Made by a program: the position numbers and the translations under genes. Of a stretch of 64,000 bases of DNA, positions 1 to 9,504 are shown piece after piece. The notes beneath the pieces are model-generated. The model was not told the origin of the DNA. It made no database searches and saw only the letters and a list, made by a program, of their open reading frames with translations. The stretch is from Methanomassiliicoccaceae archaeon UBA404. GTDB lineage: Archaea; Thermoplasmatota; Thermoplasmata; Methanomassiliicoccales; Methanomethylophilaceae. Location: NCBI GenBank assembly GCA_002498605.1, contig DAHY01000009.1:22971-86970 (forward strand), read 5' to 3'. Numbering within the stretch: position 1 is the first letter of the stretch; each line of letters opens with the position of its first letter.

Positions 1-1398
1 AGGCGGCCTGGTTTCAGATTCTTCCAAAGCCATGGAACGGACATCCACTTCATCGCCGACTTCCATTCTCGGAACCGTCGATGTTTTGGATTTGAGGTAT
101 TTGCCGTAATACTTTTTCCAACCCTTGAACAGTTGCTTGTATCCTTCGCACTTGAATTCTTCCCCGCCCACGTCGATTATGCATTCCGTGATTTCCGCTT
201 TGGCGGCAGGTGCGACGGTTGCCAGGAATCTTCTCACTATAAGTTCGTAAAGATTCCATTTGTCCCCTTTCATCTTACCCGAAGCCGCGGCCGCGGTTGG
301 ATAGATAGGAGGATGATCCGTGGTACGTCTTTTACCTCTGGAAGGAAGAATCTTTTCCTGTGCAAGGATTTCTTCGGCTTCGGCTTTGAAATCGGATTCT
401 TTGAGTTTCTCAAGAACTGCGCGAAGATTCACGCTTCTGGGATATTCCGTGTTTTCCGTACGCGGGTACGAGATGTATCCGCTGATGTACAGTTCCTCGG
501 CCAATTTCATGGCGGTTGTGGGGGGAATGCCTATTTTGTTGGCTTCCACCTGCATCTGGGTCGTATCGAACGGCGGAGGGCGGTATTCTTCTTTTTCGGA
601 TATTTCGAAAGAAGTCACCTTTCCCGTTTTGACTCCGGATATTTTGGATTCGACGGCTTCCGCTTCTTTCTTTTCCCAGAACGGATTTTTTATGTGATCC
701 CCCTGGAAGGCGAGCAATCCGAATTTTGCGTTAACGTTCCAGAACGGAACCGGCACGAAGTTTTCCACTTCTTCGTTTTTATCCACAAGCAGTTTAAGCG
801 TAGGGCTCTGAACCCTGCCTACGGACAGGAAGTTTTTGCCGACCTGTCCGGATGCGAGGGATATCTGTCTTGTCAAAACCGCTCCCCAGGACAAATCTAT
901 AATCTGTCTTGCTTCCGCGGCATTCGATAAATGTTTGTCGGGAAGTTCCAAATTACTGAAAGCGTTTTCAACCTCAGCCTTTGTAAGTGCACTGAATTTG
1001 GCACGTTTGACCTTTGACATATCGACACCGGCGGCTTCCACGGTTTCAACACCGATAAGCTCTCCTTCCCTGTCGTAGTCTGTTGCGATTATGACTTCTC
1101 CGGCTTCGGCAGCCAGGGATTTAATGTTACTCAATATGGATTTTACTTTTACGGTCTTCACCTGCGGAGCATATACCAGCTCCGTGGGGGAGCCGGCGGA
1201 CCAATCATTGTATTCTTTGGGATAATCCAATTCCAGAATGTGTCCGCGAAGACTGACGACGCTGTATTCATCGCCGTTAGCATCGAATGAGATTACTGAG
1301 GCCCCGCCGATTTTTTTGGTACTGGATTTGCCGTCGGAAAGTATGGTGGATATCCTTCGGGCAGCGTTGGCCTTTTCTGTGATAATCAGTTTCTTCAT
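1..1398 (-). CDS. topA: DNA topoisomerase I (type IA), partial; C-terminus lies beyond the window start
   Basis: Absent from the ORF track because the frame runs off the window edge. Minus-strand translation from the ATG at 1398 reads MKKLIITEKANAARRIS... It has the TOPRIM motif IIATDYDREGE, VGRVQSPTL, and the catalytic-Tyr motif GYISYPRTE. Confidence 0.9.
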   Translation of the reverse strand, partial: MKKLIITEKANAARRISTILSDGKSSTKKIGGASVISFDANGDEYSVVSLRGHILELDYPKEYNDWSAGSPTELVYAPQVKTVKVKSILSNIKSLAAEAGEVIIATDYDREGELIGVETVEAAGVDMSKVKRAKFSALTKAEVENAFSNLELPDKHLSNAAEARQIIDLSWGAVLTRQISLASGQVGKNFLSVGRVQSPTLKLLVDKNEEVENFVPVPFWNVNAKFGLLAFQGDHIKNPFWEKKEAEAVESKISGVKTGKVTSFEISEKEEYRPPPFDTTQMQVEANKIGIPPTTAMKLAEELYISGYISYPRTENTEYPRSVNLRAVLEKLKESDFKAEAEEILAQEKILPSRGKRRTTDHPPIYPTAAAASGKMKGDKWNLYELIVRRFLATVAPAAKAEITECIIDVGGEEFKCEGYKQLFKGWKKYYGKYLKSKTSTVPRMEVGDEVDVRSMALEESETRPP

Positions 1399-1473
1399 CG
1401 TGTCACTCACATTCAAGGCATTATTTAATTATTAGCGACATTCACAAAATTGCTTATGGGAATGTAATTAAGC

Positions 1474-2040
1474 ATGAAATGGCACTACATGACCATGAGC
1501 GTAACCCCTGACAAGGTAGCGGAAATTCTAAGAAAACACAGCGGTGTCGTAAGAGTCGAAATTCCGGATCGGAATTTCTTATGTACACTCGAAGAAGACG
1601 ATTTGTGCGTAGACACGTCTTTCGGAATGCCCATCGACAACAAAGCCATGGACGCCTGCCTTGCCTGTGATTTTGTGCTGTGTGTTTTTGCCAACACTTC
1701 CTTCGAACAGCCCAGCGACAAGATTATGATGATGCAGGATTCGTCCGGTCTCGTATTGGGTCATGACGTAGCCCCGTCACAAATGGATGAGTACATGGCC
1801 CGGGAAGATTTAATCTGGCTGTCCGAAGATTTTGTAATATATCCGAGTACCGAAATGGGAGACGATATAATTCTGGTTATGCTGCCTCAAATCTATAACG
1901 GATTTTCCGAAGAAGACGGCGTATCGGAAGCTGTTATCTTCTATCCCGCAACCACAACCGATTCCATAATAAAGGAAAAATACGGCGAGTTCGACGATCC
2001 GCAGATCGCCACATTGTTAATGGGAATCAAATTGAAATAA
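1474..2040 (+). CDS. hypothetical acidic protein
   Basis: 188-aa ORF in a gap between recognised genes. I recognise no motif. The start could be an internal Met (M6 or M8). Confidence 0.45.
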   Translation: MKWHYMTMSVTPDKVAEILRKHSGVVRVEIPDRNFLCTLEEDDLCVDTSFGMPIDNKAMDACLACDFVLCVFANTSFEQPSDKIMMMQDSSGLVLGHDVAPSQMDEYMAREDLIWLSEDFVIYPSTEMGDDIILVMLPQIYNGFSEEDGVSEAVIFYPATTTDSIIKEKYGEFDDPQIATLLMGIKLK

Positions 2041-2041
2041 T

Positions 2042-2497
2042 TCAGTTCCTGGTACCGACATGATGCATGTTGCCCGATTTGGGGGAAACCATGGTAAGTC
2101 TTCCTCTGAGCACGCCCTTTATGGAAGTTATTTCGGAAGCAAAATTCTTCAGAGTTCCCAATTCGCCTTCGACAATGAGAATTTCCATACACCTGTCATG
2201 ATCCAGATGGACATGAATGGTGGTGTTAACGTTGCTTATGTGCTCATGCTGCAGTTCGGTTAATCTTTCGCCGACGCTGGATATACTGTGGTCGTATACC
2301 ATGACAACAACCCCGGTCATGTACTCGTTATCGTTCTTCCAATCGCTTTCGGCAAGGGAATCGCGGACAAGGTCTCTTATGGCCTCTGATCTGCTGACAT
2401 ATCCCTTCTTGGAGATAGAAGCATCAAACTCTTTCAAAAGTTCGGGTTCCAGTGAAACACCTATGCGTGTGACTCCATCCATATATACGCGGAACAC
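2042..2497 (-). CDS. nikR: nickel-responsive transcriptional regulator NikR
   Basis: N-terminal ribbon-helix-helix (RIGVSLEPELLKEFD...GYVSRSEAIRDLVR) plus a C-terminal His-rich metal-binding domain (HEHISNVNTTIHVHLDHD). Met6 at 2482 is a plausible true start. Confidence 0.8.
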   Translation of the reverse strand: MFRVYMDGVTRIGVSLEPELLKEFDASISKKGYVSRSEAIRDLVRDSLAESDWKNDNEYMTGVVVMVYDHSISSVGERLTELQHEHISNVNTTIHVHLDHDRCMEILIVEGELGTLKNFASEITSIKGVLRGRLTMVSPKSGNMHHVGTRN

Positions 2498-2590
2498 TTT
2501 CTGCAGTATTAAACTTGTCGGAGTTCTTGTGTCCTTAGCGCATATTTCATTCTCCTCAAGGATTAAACCATAGGTGTCGATATCCCTGAT

Positions 2591-3376
2591 GTGGCAATGA
2601 ACGCAGACATCATCGGCGGGTTGTTATCTTCGGCGGTCCGCAATGCGGTTTCAGGAAAGGATACGGCAGTGTCTTTTTCCGGAGGGGTAGATTCGGGTCT
2701 CATTGCCGCCATGGCGACGGAATACACGGAAAACGTAAGATTGTACACTGTGGGTACGGAAGGCGCACATGATGTGCTGAAAGCCGAAGAAGCGGCAAAA
2801 TTATTGGATTTGGAACAGGAACATATACTGCTGACCGAAGACAACATAGAAGGATTGCTGAAGGAAATGATTCATATCTCCGGTACCGAAGATCCGTTGA
2901 CTCTTTCTTTTGAAATTCCCACGTTCTGCGTTACGAAGTTTTGTTCCGAACACAGCATCATCGGCGGCATCGGAGCCGACGAACTTTTCGGAGGATATCA
3001 CAGATACATCGGAATGCCGCCTTCGGAATTCAAAGATGCCAGAAACGAAGATCTGAAAAAATTAATGTCGTACGTCATTCCTCACGAGGATAAAGTTGCC
3101 GATTATTTCGGCAAAACAATTCATCGGCCGTTTGTCGACAGGGATCTTGTTGATGCGGTATTGTCTCTTCCCTGCGAAGAAATACTCCCCTCGGACAAAC
3201 GTCCCCGCAAAGCGATCCTGAAAGAAATCGCGGAAAGCATGAATCTGAACCTGTTGGCCGAAACCGAAAAGAAAGCCGCGCAATACGGTTCCGGGGCAAT
3301 GGGGCTGATAAGGAAGTCGGCAAGGAAAGAAAAGCTGACGGTGGGCGAATACGTCAAATCTTTTTCCGACCGTTGA
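2591..3376 (+). CDS. asparagine-synthetase-like PP-loop ATP pyrophosphatase (synthetase domain only)
   Basis: PP-loop SFSGGVDSG and GADELFGGY, as in the AsnB C-terminal domain. There is no N-terminal glutaminase domain. Start is GTG 2591 or ATG 2597. Confidence 0.7.
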   Translation: MAMNADIIGGLLSSAVRNAVSGKDTAVSFSGGVDSGLIAAMATEYTENVRLYTVGTEGAHDVLKAEEAAKLLDLEQEHILLTEDNIEGLLKEMIHISGTEDPLTLSFEIPTFCVTKFCSEHSIIGGIGADELFGGYHRYIGMPPSEFKDARNEDLKKLMSYVIPHEDKVADYFGKTIHRPFVDRDLVDAVLSLPCEEILPSDKRPRKAILKEIAESMNLNLLAETEKKAAQYGSGAMGLIRKSARKEKLTVGEYVKSFSDR

Positions 3377-4686
3377 CGGCACCGGTAATATACCCTTTGT
3401 ATTATACGGCGTACGTGAACGATTTGGAAACAAAAGAGGATTTTCTCGATTGGTTATACGGATTGACTTCCCAGGGCATAAAACTGGGTTTGGACAATAT
3501 CACGGAACTCCTCGAAAGAATGGGCAATCCCCATAAATCTTTCAAAAGCGTGCATGTGGGCGGAACCGACGGCAAAGGATCCGTCTGTGCCATGGTTTCT
3601 TCGGTGCTGAGGGAAAGCGGAATCAGTACGGGATTGTTCGTTTCCCCGCATATAACGGAATTCAACGAACGGATATCCGTTGACGGAATACAGATTACCG
3701 ATGACGAACTTGCCGAGATGGCGGCCCTTGTCGTTTCGCACGTCCGGGAGATGTCGGACAACGGGAAATACTGCACATTCTTCGAAGTCACCACCGCAAT
3801 AGCTTTTCTTTATTTCAAGAAAAAAGGGGTTGAATACGCCGTTGTCGAAGTCGGAATGGGAGGCAGAGCGGATTCCACCAATGTTCTGATTCCCGAAGTA
3901 TGCGTAATAGGAAACGTAAGTTTGGAACACACCGCATTTCTGGGAAACACCCTGGAAAAGATAGCTTTTGAAAAAGCCGGCATCATAAAACCCGGAGTGC
4001 CCTGCGTGACGATGAACGGCGATGAAGCATTTGCGGTAATCAGAAAAACCGCCGAAGAAAGAAAGTCGCCTCTGATACGCGTGAACAAAGCGGATATAAA
4101 CATTATGAGTCTGGATGAAAAAGGTACTTTTTTTCAATATAAGGGGGAAGACTATCACGTATCCGTTCCCGGAAGATATCAGGCCAAAAATGCATCTTTG
4201 GCCATCGAAGCCGTGTCGATGTTAAGCATATACGGACAAAAATGCAGATGCAACATCCGCAAAGGACTGGAAAAGGTATTTTGGCCCTGCAGACTCCAAA
4301 GAATACCCGGCACGCCGTTTATAATGGACGTAACCCACACCGTGGAAGGATCCGCGCAGATAATATCGGACATCCGGGAAATATACGGCAGTGTGAACGT
4401 TGTGTTCGGAGTCCTCAAAGATAAAAACATAAGGGGCATAGCAGAGAACATTTCCAAAATAGCAAACCGTATAATAGTAACCCGGCCGGAAACCGAAAGA
4501 GCTTCCCCGTCCGAAGAAACAGCCAGGATTTTTTCGGAATTCTTTGAAGACATCATTGTAACCGATAACGTTGAAGAAGCCATGAACAAATCATCGGAAA
4601 TTTTCGGCGATGGATTGATATTGGTTACGGGGTCTTTCTATACAACCGGGGAGGCGATGAAATGGATAAAAAAGACATATCTCTGA
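3373..4686 (+). CDS. folC: folylpolyglutamate synthase / dihydrofolate synthase family (Mur-ligase fold)
   Basis: HVGGTDGKGS P-loop and SPHITEFNERI, typical of FolC. The start is uncertain: TTG 3373 overlapping the upstream stop, or GTG 3415. Confidence 0.85.
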   Translation: MTAPVIYPLYYTAYVNDLETKEDFLDWLYGLTSQGIKLGLDNITELLERMGNPHKSFKSVHVGGTDGKGSVCAMVSSVLRESGISTGLFVSPHITEFNERISVDGIQITDDELAEMAALVVSHVREMSDNGKYCTFFEVTTAIAFLYFKKKGVEYAVVEVGMGGRADSTNVLIPEVCVIGNVSLEHTAFLGNTLEKIAFEKAGIIKPGVPCVTMNGDEAFAVIRKTAEERKSPLIRVNKADINIMSLDEKGTFFQYKGEDYHVSVPGRYQAKNASLAIEAVSMLSIYGQKCRCNIRKGLEKVFWPCRLQRIPGTPFIMDVTHTVEGSAQIISDIREIYGSVNVVFGVLKDKNIRGIAENISKIANRIIVTRPETERASPSEETARIFSEFFEDIIVTDNVEEAMNKSSEIFGDGLILVTGSFYTTGEAMKWIKKTYL

Positions 4687-5324
4687 TTCTTGACAGATTA
4701 TCCGAAAAATACGGAGGCGATGCGGCGTATCCCGGAAGATCTTCGGAGGGACTGAGTCCCGAATGGCCTTTCGATCCGTTTCACGTATTGATATCCACGA
4801 TACTGTCGCAGAGAACCAAAGACGACAATACCCGAAAAGCCTCCGACAGGCTGTTTTCCGTTTACGGCACAATGGAAGAGATAGCCTCCGCCGAAACCGA
4901 AAAAGTAGCCGAACTTATCCGCCCCGCGGGATTTCCGAATCAGAAAGCCGGTGCGATAATCGAAACCTGCAAAATTCTTTTGAGGGATTACGGCGGCAAA
5001 GTTCCCACACAGACCGAAGAACTTCTCAAACTTCCGATGGTCGGAAGAAAGACCGCGGCATGTGTGAGAGCTTACGCAATGAGCATTCCCTCGGTCTGTG
5101 TGGACACCCACGTTCACAGAATCACCAACCTTATGGGTTTGGTTGATACCGACACTCCGGAAAAAACCGAAGAAGAGCTTATGAGAATCACTCCGAAAAA
5201 AAGATGGATGGATATAAACCGTTATTTCGTAAGGCACGGCCAGGTAATTTGCAGACCCAACCGTCCGAACTGCGGAGAATGCATCGTTGCCGACATGTGC
5301 GATTCCCGAAAGGATGACGCATGA
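4662..5324 (+). CDS. nth: endonuclease III (HhH-GPD DNA glycosylase/AP lyase)
   Basis: HhH motif LPMVGRKTAACV, VDTHVHRI, and the C-terminal 4Fe-4S loop CRPNRPNCGECIVADMC. Confidence 0.9.
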   Translation: MDKKDISLILDRLSEKYGGDAAYPGRSSEGLSPEWPFDPFHVLISTILSQRTKDDNTRKASDRLFSVYGTMEEIASAETEKVAELIRPAGFPNQKAGAIIETCKILLRDYGGKVPTQTEELLKLPMVGRKTAACVRAYAMSIPSVCVDTHVHRITNLMGLVDTDTPEKTEEELMRITPKKRWMDINRYFVRHGQVICRPNRPNCGECIVADMCDSRKDDA

Positions 5325-5330
5325 TTTTTA

Positions 5331-5732
5331 ATGATTAATCCATATACGGCGGTTGTGCACGAAGTTTCTGTAATATCGGGCATCGTCAATGCCGTTCTCG
5401 AAGAACTTGAAAAATACGATGTTATCAAAGTTTCTGCCGTTGATATTTTAATCGGCGACATGACAATGTTGGGAGACGAACAACTTACGTTTGCTTACGA
5501 GGTGGTAACAAGGGATACTTTGCTTGAAGGATCCAAGCTCAACATTGAGCACGAATCGATAAGGGTTACCTGCGATGCCTGCAAATACGACGGACCCGTG
5601 AAGTTATTGGAATCCGGAGATTACACATCTCACAAAATTCCCGTGATGTCCTGTCCCGAATGCGGAGGACACATCGAAGTCGTGGCCGGACAGTCCTGCT
5701 GCGTCACATCCGTGGATATAGAGGAGGCATGA
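5331..5732 (+). CDS. hypA: hydrogenase nickel incorporation protein HypA
   Basis: Zinc ribbon CDACKY...CPECGG. The canonical MHE N-terminus suggests a GTG start at 5355 (VHEVSV). Confidence 0.85.
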   Translation: MINPYTAVVHEVSVISGIVNAVLEELEKYDVIKVSAVDILIGDMTMLGDEQLTFAYEVVTRDTLLEGSKLNIEHESIRVTCDACKYDGPVKLLESGDYTSHKIPVMSCPECGGHIEVVAGQSCCVTSVDIEEA

Positions 5733-5735
5733 TTC

Positions 5736-6815
5736 ATGTACAAATACAGAGACGAAGCAACCGCCAAGAGAATACTCAAAGGAATCAAAGACCGCGGCGT
5801 CGAGTGTAACCTGATGCACATATGCGGAACTCATCAGGACACCATCGTGCGTTTCGGACTCGAGGAAATGCTGGCCGATGCGGGCATTAAGATTCATCAG
5901 GGGCCCGGATGCCCTGTTTGTGTGACGACCGCCAAAGAAATATCGGAAATCATAACCCTTGCCAAAGGAGGCGTTACCGTAACGGCTTTCGGAGACATGA
6001 TGAGGGTTCCGACGCCGATGGGTTCTTTGTTTGACGCAAAAACCGACGGAGCCGACGTCCGTATTGTGTATTCCATAGAAGACGCTGTTACAATGTCCCG
6101 AGATTTGGATAACGATGTGGTGTTTGTCGGAGTGGGTTTTGAAACCACCGCGCCCTCCACCTGTGTTCCGTTGAACAGAGACGATGTACCGGAAAACTTT
6201 TCGGTTTACAGCTGTCACAGAATTTGCCCGCCGATAATACAGGCATTGTTGGATATGGGAGAAAACAAGATTGACGGTTTCATAATGCCGGGACACGTAG
6301 CCGTGATAACCGGAACCGAGATTTTCAAGCCTTTTGCAGAGAAATACCACCTTCCTCAGGTTGTGGCAGGTTTCGAACCGCTGGATGTGCTGATGTCCTG
6401 CTATATGCTCGCCAAACAGATATCCGAGGGAAGAGCCGAGGTGGAAAACGAATATACCCGTCTTGTCAGGGACAAGGGAAACCTGAAAGCCCTGGAACTT
6501 ATGGACAGAACCTTCGAACCCATAGATTATGCCTGGAGAGGATTCCCGGTCATCGAAAAGAGCAGACTGGCGTTTAAACCGGAATATGCCGAGCACGATG
6601 CAACCAAAGTTCACGAAGATCTTATTGCATCCGCCCCCGAGGTCGAAGAAGAAGCCAGGGGTTGCAGATGCGGCGAAGTGCTCAGGGGACTGATCAAGTC
6701 CCACGAATGTCCGATGTTCGGTAAACCCTGCAAACCCAGTTCTCCTTCGGGACCATGTATGGTTTCTGCCGAAGGCAGTTGCAATATAGCTTACAGATAC
6801 TCGGATAAGAGGTGA
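5736..6815 (+). CDS. hypD: hydrogenase maturation protein HypD
   Basis: Motifs CGTHQD, GPGCPVCV and PGHV. It starts 4 nt after the hypA stop. Confidence 0.9.
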   Translation: MYKYRDEATAKRILKGIKDRGVECNLMHICGTHQDTIVRFGLEEMLADAGIKIHQGPGCPVCVTTAKEISEIITLAKGGVTVTAFGDMMRVPTPMGSLFDAKTDGADVRIVYSIEDAVTMSRDLDNDVVFVGVGFETTAPSTCVPLNRDDVPENFSVYSCHRICPPIIQALLDMGENKIDGFIMPGHVAVITGTEIFKPFAEKYHLPQVVAGFEPLDVLMSCYMLAKQISEGRAEVENEYTRLVRDKGNLKALELMDRTFEPIDYAWRGFPVIEKSRLAFKPEYAEHDATKVHEDLIASAPEVEEEARGCRCGEVLRGLIKSHECPMFGKPCKPSSPSGPCMVSAEGSCNIAYRYSDKR

Positions 6816-7409
6816 ATGGAAGTGGAACAAGCAAAACCAAAAATCGTACCTATTGCCGCCCCCCGTACCGGTAAAAAGAACATACTGATTGTAACAAACG
6901 ATTCTGAAGTGACCATTTCAAACAAATTGGAAGCGGCCGGCGATCTTTTCGGCGGCAGAGTCACCGAAATACGCGAGTTCGTAAAAAGTCTTGAAGAGGA
7001 ATTCGGCGAAGAAGGAAGCAATACCATGAACATATCTTTCGGGCTGATAACCACGTTCTTCGGATTCGTACCCAGCAATTATTCGATATACAGATACAAG
7101 TATGCCATGAGCAACAAAGAAGAGTATCTGCTTACCCAGAAGGAAAGAGACTATGCCGGCAGACTGGAATACGTTTCAAGAGGATTTGACAAAGTCATAA
7201 TCTGTGTTCCCAAAGAGATGTTCAGAATCCTGGTTGACAACGATGCTCTTCATAACGGTAAAATCATTGCCGTTACTTCGAAAGACTTCAAAGGACTCTG
7301 CGAAGAAAGAGAATGGATATACCTTGAAAGGAAAGGTGCCAGACTGGGAAAAAAGAACGCAGAGAAAGTAAGGAATTATCTGAGAGAACTCAACGCCGGT
7401 ACTTCCTGA
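6816..7409 (+). CDS. hypothetical protein directly abutting hypD
   Basis: The 197-aa ORF starts on the nucleotide after the hypD stop (TGAATG). No recognisable motif. Confidence 0.55.
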   Translation: MEVEQAKPKIVPIAAPRTGKKNILIVTNDSEVTISNKLEAAGDLFGGRVTEIREFVKSLEEEFGEEGSNTMNISFGLITTFFGFVPSNYSIYRYKYAMSNKEEYLLTQKERDYAGRLEYVSRGFDKVIICVPKEMFRILVDNDALHNGKIIAVTSKDFKGLCEEREWIYLERKGARLGKKNAEKVRNYLRELNAGTS

Positions 7410-8064
7410 TTCTTTCTCTTACGGTATCGTCCGCGCGTCGGGATTCACATACCTTGCGCACGGTCATATTCTGAATTTCGGGATTCAGTTTTCCCGAAAT
7501 AAGAATATTTTCCGTTTTATCGGGAAACAGTATGTAACAGTATGAAAGAGTCCAGGCGGACCCCATTTTGTAATAGTATCCGTCATGATGAACAGAAACC
7601 AATCTGTTCAGCACCCTGTCGATGTTTTTTCCGTCAATGAATTTGAAAAGAAGCATTACCGCAGCCATGCGCATTTTGAACTCTTCGCCGGAAGAAAAGA
7701 ACTCATCGCAAAGAGTCCACAGTTCTTCGTCATAGTCCGGGTTATGCTTCCAATCATTGCATAACAAATCGCATACCGCCCAATTTTTCACACAGGGGGC
7801 AAACCTGCGGGTAAGAGCAATCCGTTCTTCGAAAACCATATCCGCGTTTGCAATGACAAGCGCCTTCAGCAGATATTCTTCGTGATATTCCGAATCGGTT
7901 TCAAGAAAACTCCGCCATTCGCGGTTCATTATTTCAGAAGCTATTTTTCTGAGAACCGGCATTCTGACGCCCAGTATATTATCGGTGTCCGGCAGCAGTT
8001 TTCGGTTAAATTCGGCGTATTTTCGGTCGACGTTTTCAAACAATGCATCAATCACGTCACTCAA
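7390..8064 (-). CDS. DNA alkylation repair protein (AlkD-like HEAT-repeat family)
   Basis: Helical-repeat protein with the family-typical N-terminus ...YAEFNRKLLP...ILGVRMPVLRKIA and a W..CD core. It overlaps the ogt 3' end by 8 nt, so the two form an operon. Confidence 0.7.
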   Translation of the reverse strand: MSDVIDALFENVDRKYAEFNRKLLPDTDNILGVRMPVLRKIASEIMNREWRSFLETDSEYHEEYLLKALVIANADMVFEERIALTRRFAPCVKNWAVCDLLCNDWKHNPDYDEELWTLCDEFFSSGEEFKMRMAAVMLLFKFIDGKNIDRVLNRLVSVHHDGYYYKMGSAWTLSYCYILFPDKTENILISGKLNPEIQNMTVRKVCESRRADDTVRERIRKYRR

Positions 8065-8536
8065 AAAATTCAGCCTCTAAATCGAGCAATCTCTTTTTCA
8101 AGGCACTTCCGCCGCCGTAAGATCCTATGCCTCCCGCGGAGGGCACGACTCTGTGGCAGGGCACGATAATCGGAATCGGATTTTTACCGCAGGCGGTACC
8201 CACGGCTCTTGACGAATTGGGATTTCCGATTCTTTCGGCCAATTCTCCGTAGGTTACCGTTTCTCCGAAAGGGATTTTGGAAATTTCCGACCATACCGAA
8301 TGTTGGAAATCGGTCCCGTCACAGGAAAGGGGAAGATCAAAACATCTTCTTCTGCCGATGAAATAGTCTCTCAACTGAGACATTGCCTCGCATATGACAT
8401 CTGTCTCCCGATCTTCGGCGACAGGCAAATTGCAAGTTGGAAGGTACAATCCGCAGATGTTTCCTTCACCGTCCTCACTTATGCTTATCTTGCCGATAAG
8501 GGTCACATAAGTGTACGTATACTTGTCCCGTGTCAT
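8057..8536 (-). CDS. ogt: O6-methylguanine-DNA methyltransferase
   Basis: Active site PCHRVV, VTYGELA and SRAVGTACGKNP. Confidence 0.9.
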   Translation of the reverse strand: MTRDKYTYTYVTLIGKISISEDGEGNICGLYLPTCNLPVAEDRETDVICEAMSQLRDYFIGRRRCFDLPLSCDGTDFQHSVWSEISKIPFGETVTYGELAERIGNPNSSRAVGTACGKNPIPIIVPCHRVVPSAGGIGSYGGGSALKKRLLDLEAEFFE

Positions 8537-8568
8537 TTTACTCTTCCTGAACGTTTATCTTTTATCTA

Positions 8569-9504
8569 ATGTATATCTGTTTTGTGATTATTTGCGCCAG
8601 CAGACGAACCGACATACCTGCTTTTCACTCGGAATGGATGATGAACAGACTCAAAGCAGGGTACGTTCTCGTAAGAAATCCTGTGGTTGAAAACGTTGTT
8701 TTCCGGATAGATCTGAACCCCAAAAGCGTTGATTGCATCTATTTCATGTCGAAAGACCCCCGGCCGATGATACGGCACATCGATGAAATCACGGAAATGG
8801 GTCACAACGTATTGTTTCAGGTAACCGTGAATCCCTACGGCAGGGATTTGGAACCCGGAGTACCCGATGTGGCGCTTGTTGCCGACGGATTCAAAGAACT
8901 TTCAAAAAAAATCGGAAAGGAGAGAATACTGTGGAGATACGACCCGGTATTGTTTGATAAAAGATACGGGAGAAAATATCACGAAAGGAAGTTTGGGTTG
9001 CTGTGCGAGGAATTATCGGAATACACAAACAGGTGCATATTCGGTTTCCTTGACGTTTACGATAAATTCGACAAATCAACGGCTTCCGAAAGACTTTACG
9101 ATTCTTCCGATTCCGACAGAAACTGGTTTATGGGTATGGCGGGGGAAACGGCAAGGGAACACGGAATGAGTCTCAGCTGGTGCTGTTCCCCTCAACCTGT
9201 GAACGAATACGGAATAGACAACAGAGGCTGCATAGACAGAGAGACAATGCTTTCGCTGGGTATACCTTTTGAAGATGTTCCCGGGAACACGCGGAAAGGG
9301 TGCAGATGCGTCAGGAACATAGACATAGGGGCGTATGACAGCTGTCTGCATAACTGTGCTTATTGTTACGCAAACAGCGTCTCGCCTCAGGGACGTTCTT
9401 CAAAGATTTACGATTCAGCTTCCGATATGCTTTACGGATCGTTGAAAAATACCGATACGGTGAGGGAGCTCACCGAACGGCGTTTACGGATTACCGATTT
9501 CTGA
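8569..9504 (+). CDS. DUF1848-family Fe-S (radical-SAM-like Cys cluster) protein
   Basis: N-terminus IICASRRTDIPAF and C-terminal Cys cluster CRCV...CLHNCAYCYA, which match my recollection of DUF1848. Confidence 0.65.
   Translation: MYICFVIICASRRTDIPAFHSEWMMNRLKAGYVLVRNPVVENVVFRIDLNPKSVDCIYFMSKDPRPMIRHIDEITEMGHNVLFQVTVNPYGRDLEPGVPDVALVADGFKELSKKIGKERILWRYDPVLFDKRYGRKYHERKFGLLCEELSEYTNRCIFGFLDVYDKFDKSTASERLYDSSDSDRNWFMGMAGETAREHGMSLSWCCSPQPVNEYGIDNRGCIDRETMLSLGIPFEDVPGNTRKGCRCVRNIDIGAYDSCLHNCAYCYANSVSPQGRSSKIYDSASDMLYGSLKNTDTVRELTERRLRITDF

Noticed and set aside
133-930. 265-aa plus-strand ORF (and 320-697, 836-1078) at the window start
   Set aside because: It lies antisense to an unmistakable topoisomerase I frame (TOPRIM and YPRTE motifs). 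Its composition (F/G/R-rich, low complexity) is typical of a shadow ORF.
5604-6830. 408-aa minus-strand ORF covering hypD
   Set aside because: It is antisense to hypD, which has all signature motifs. The translated sequence is Gly/Phe/His/Arg-rich with no motif.
7390-9504. Convergent 3'-end overlaps (7390-7409 and 9484-9504) as antisense regulatory devices
   Set aside because: Overlaps of 20-21 bp are common in compact archaeal genomes. Nothing else supports a regulatory role.
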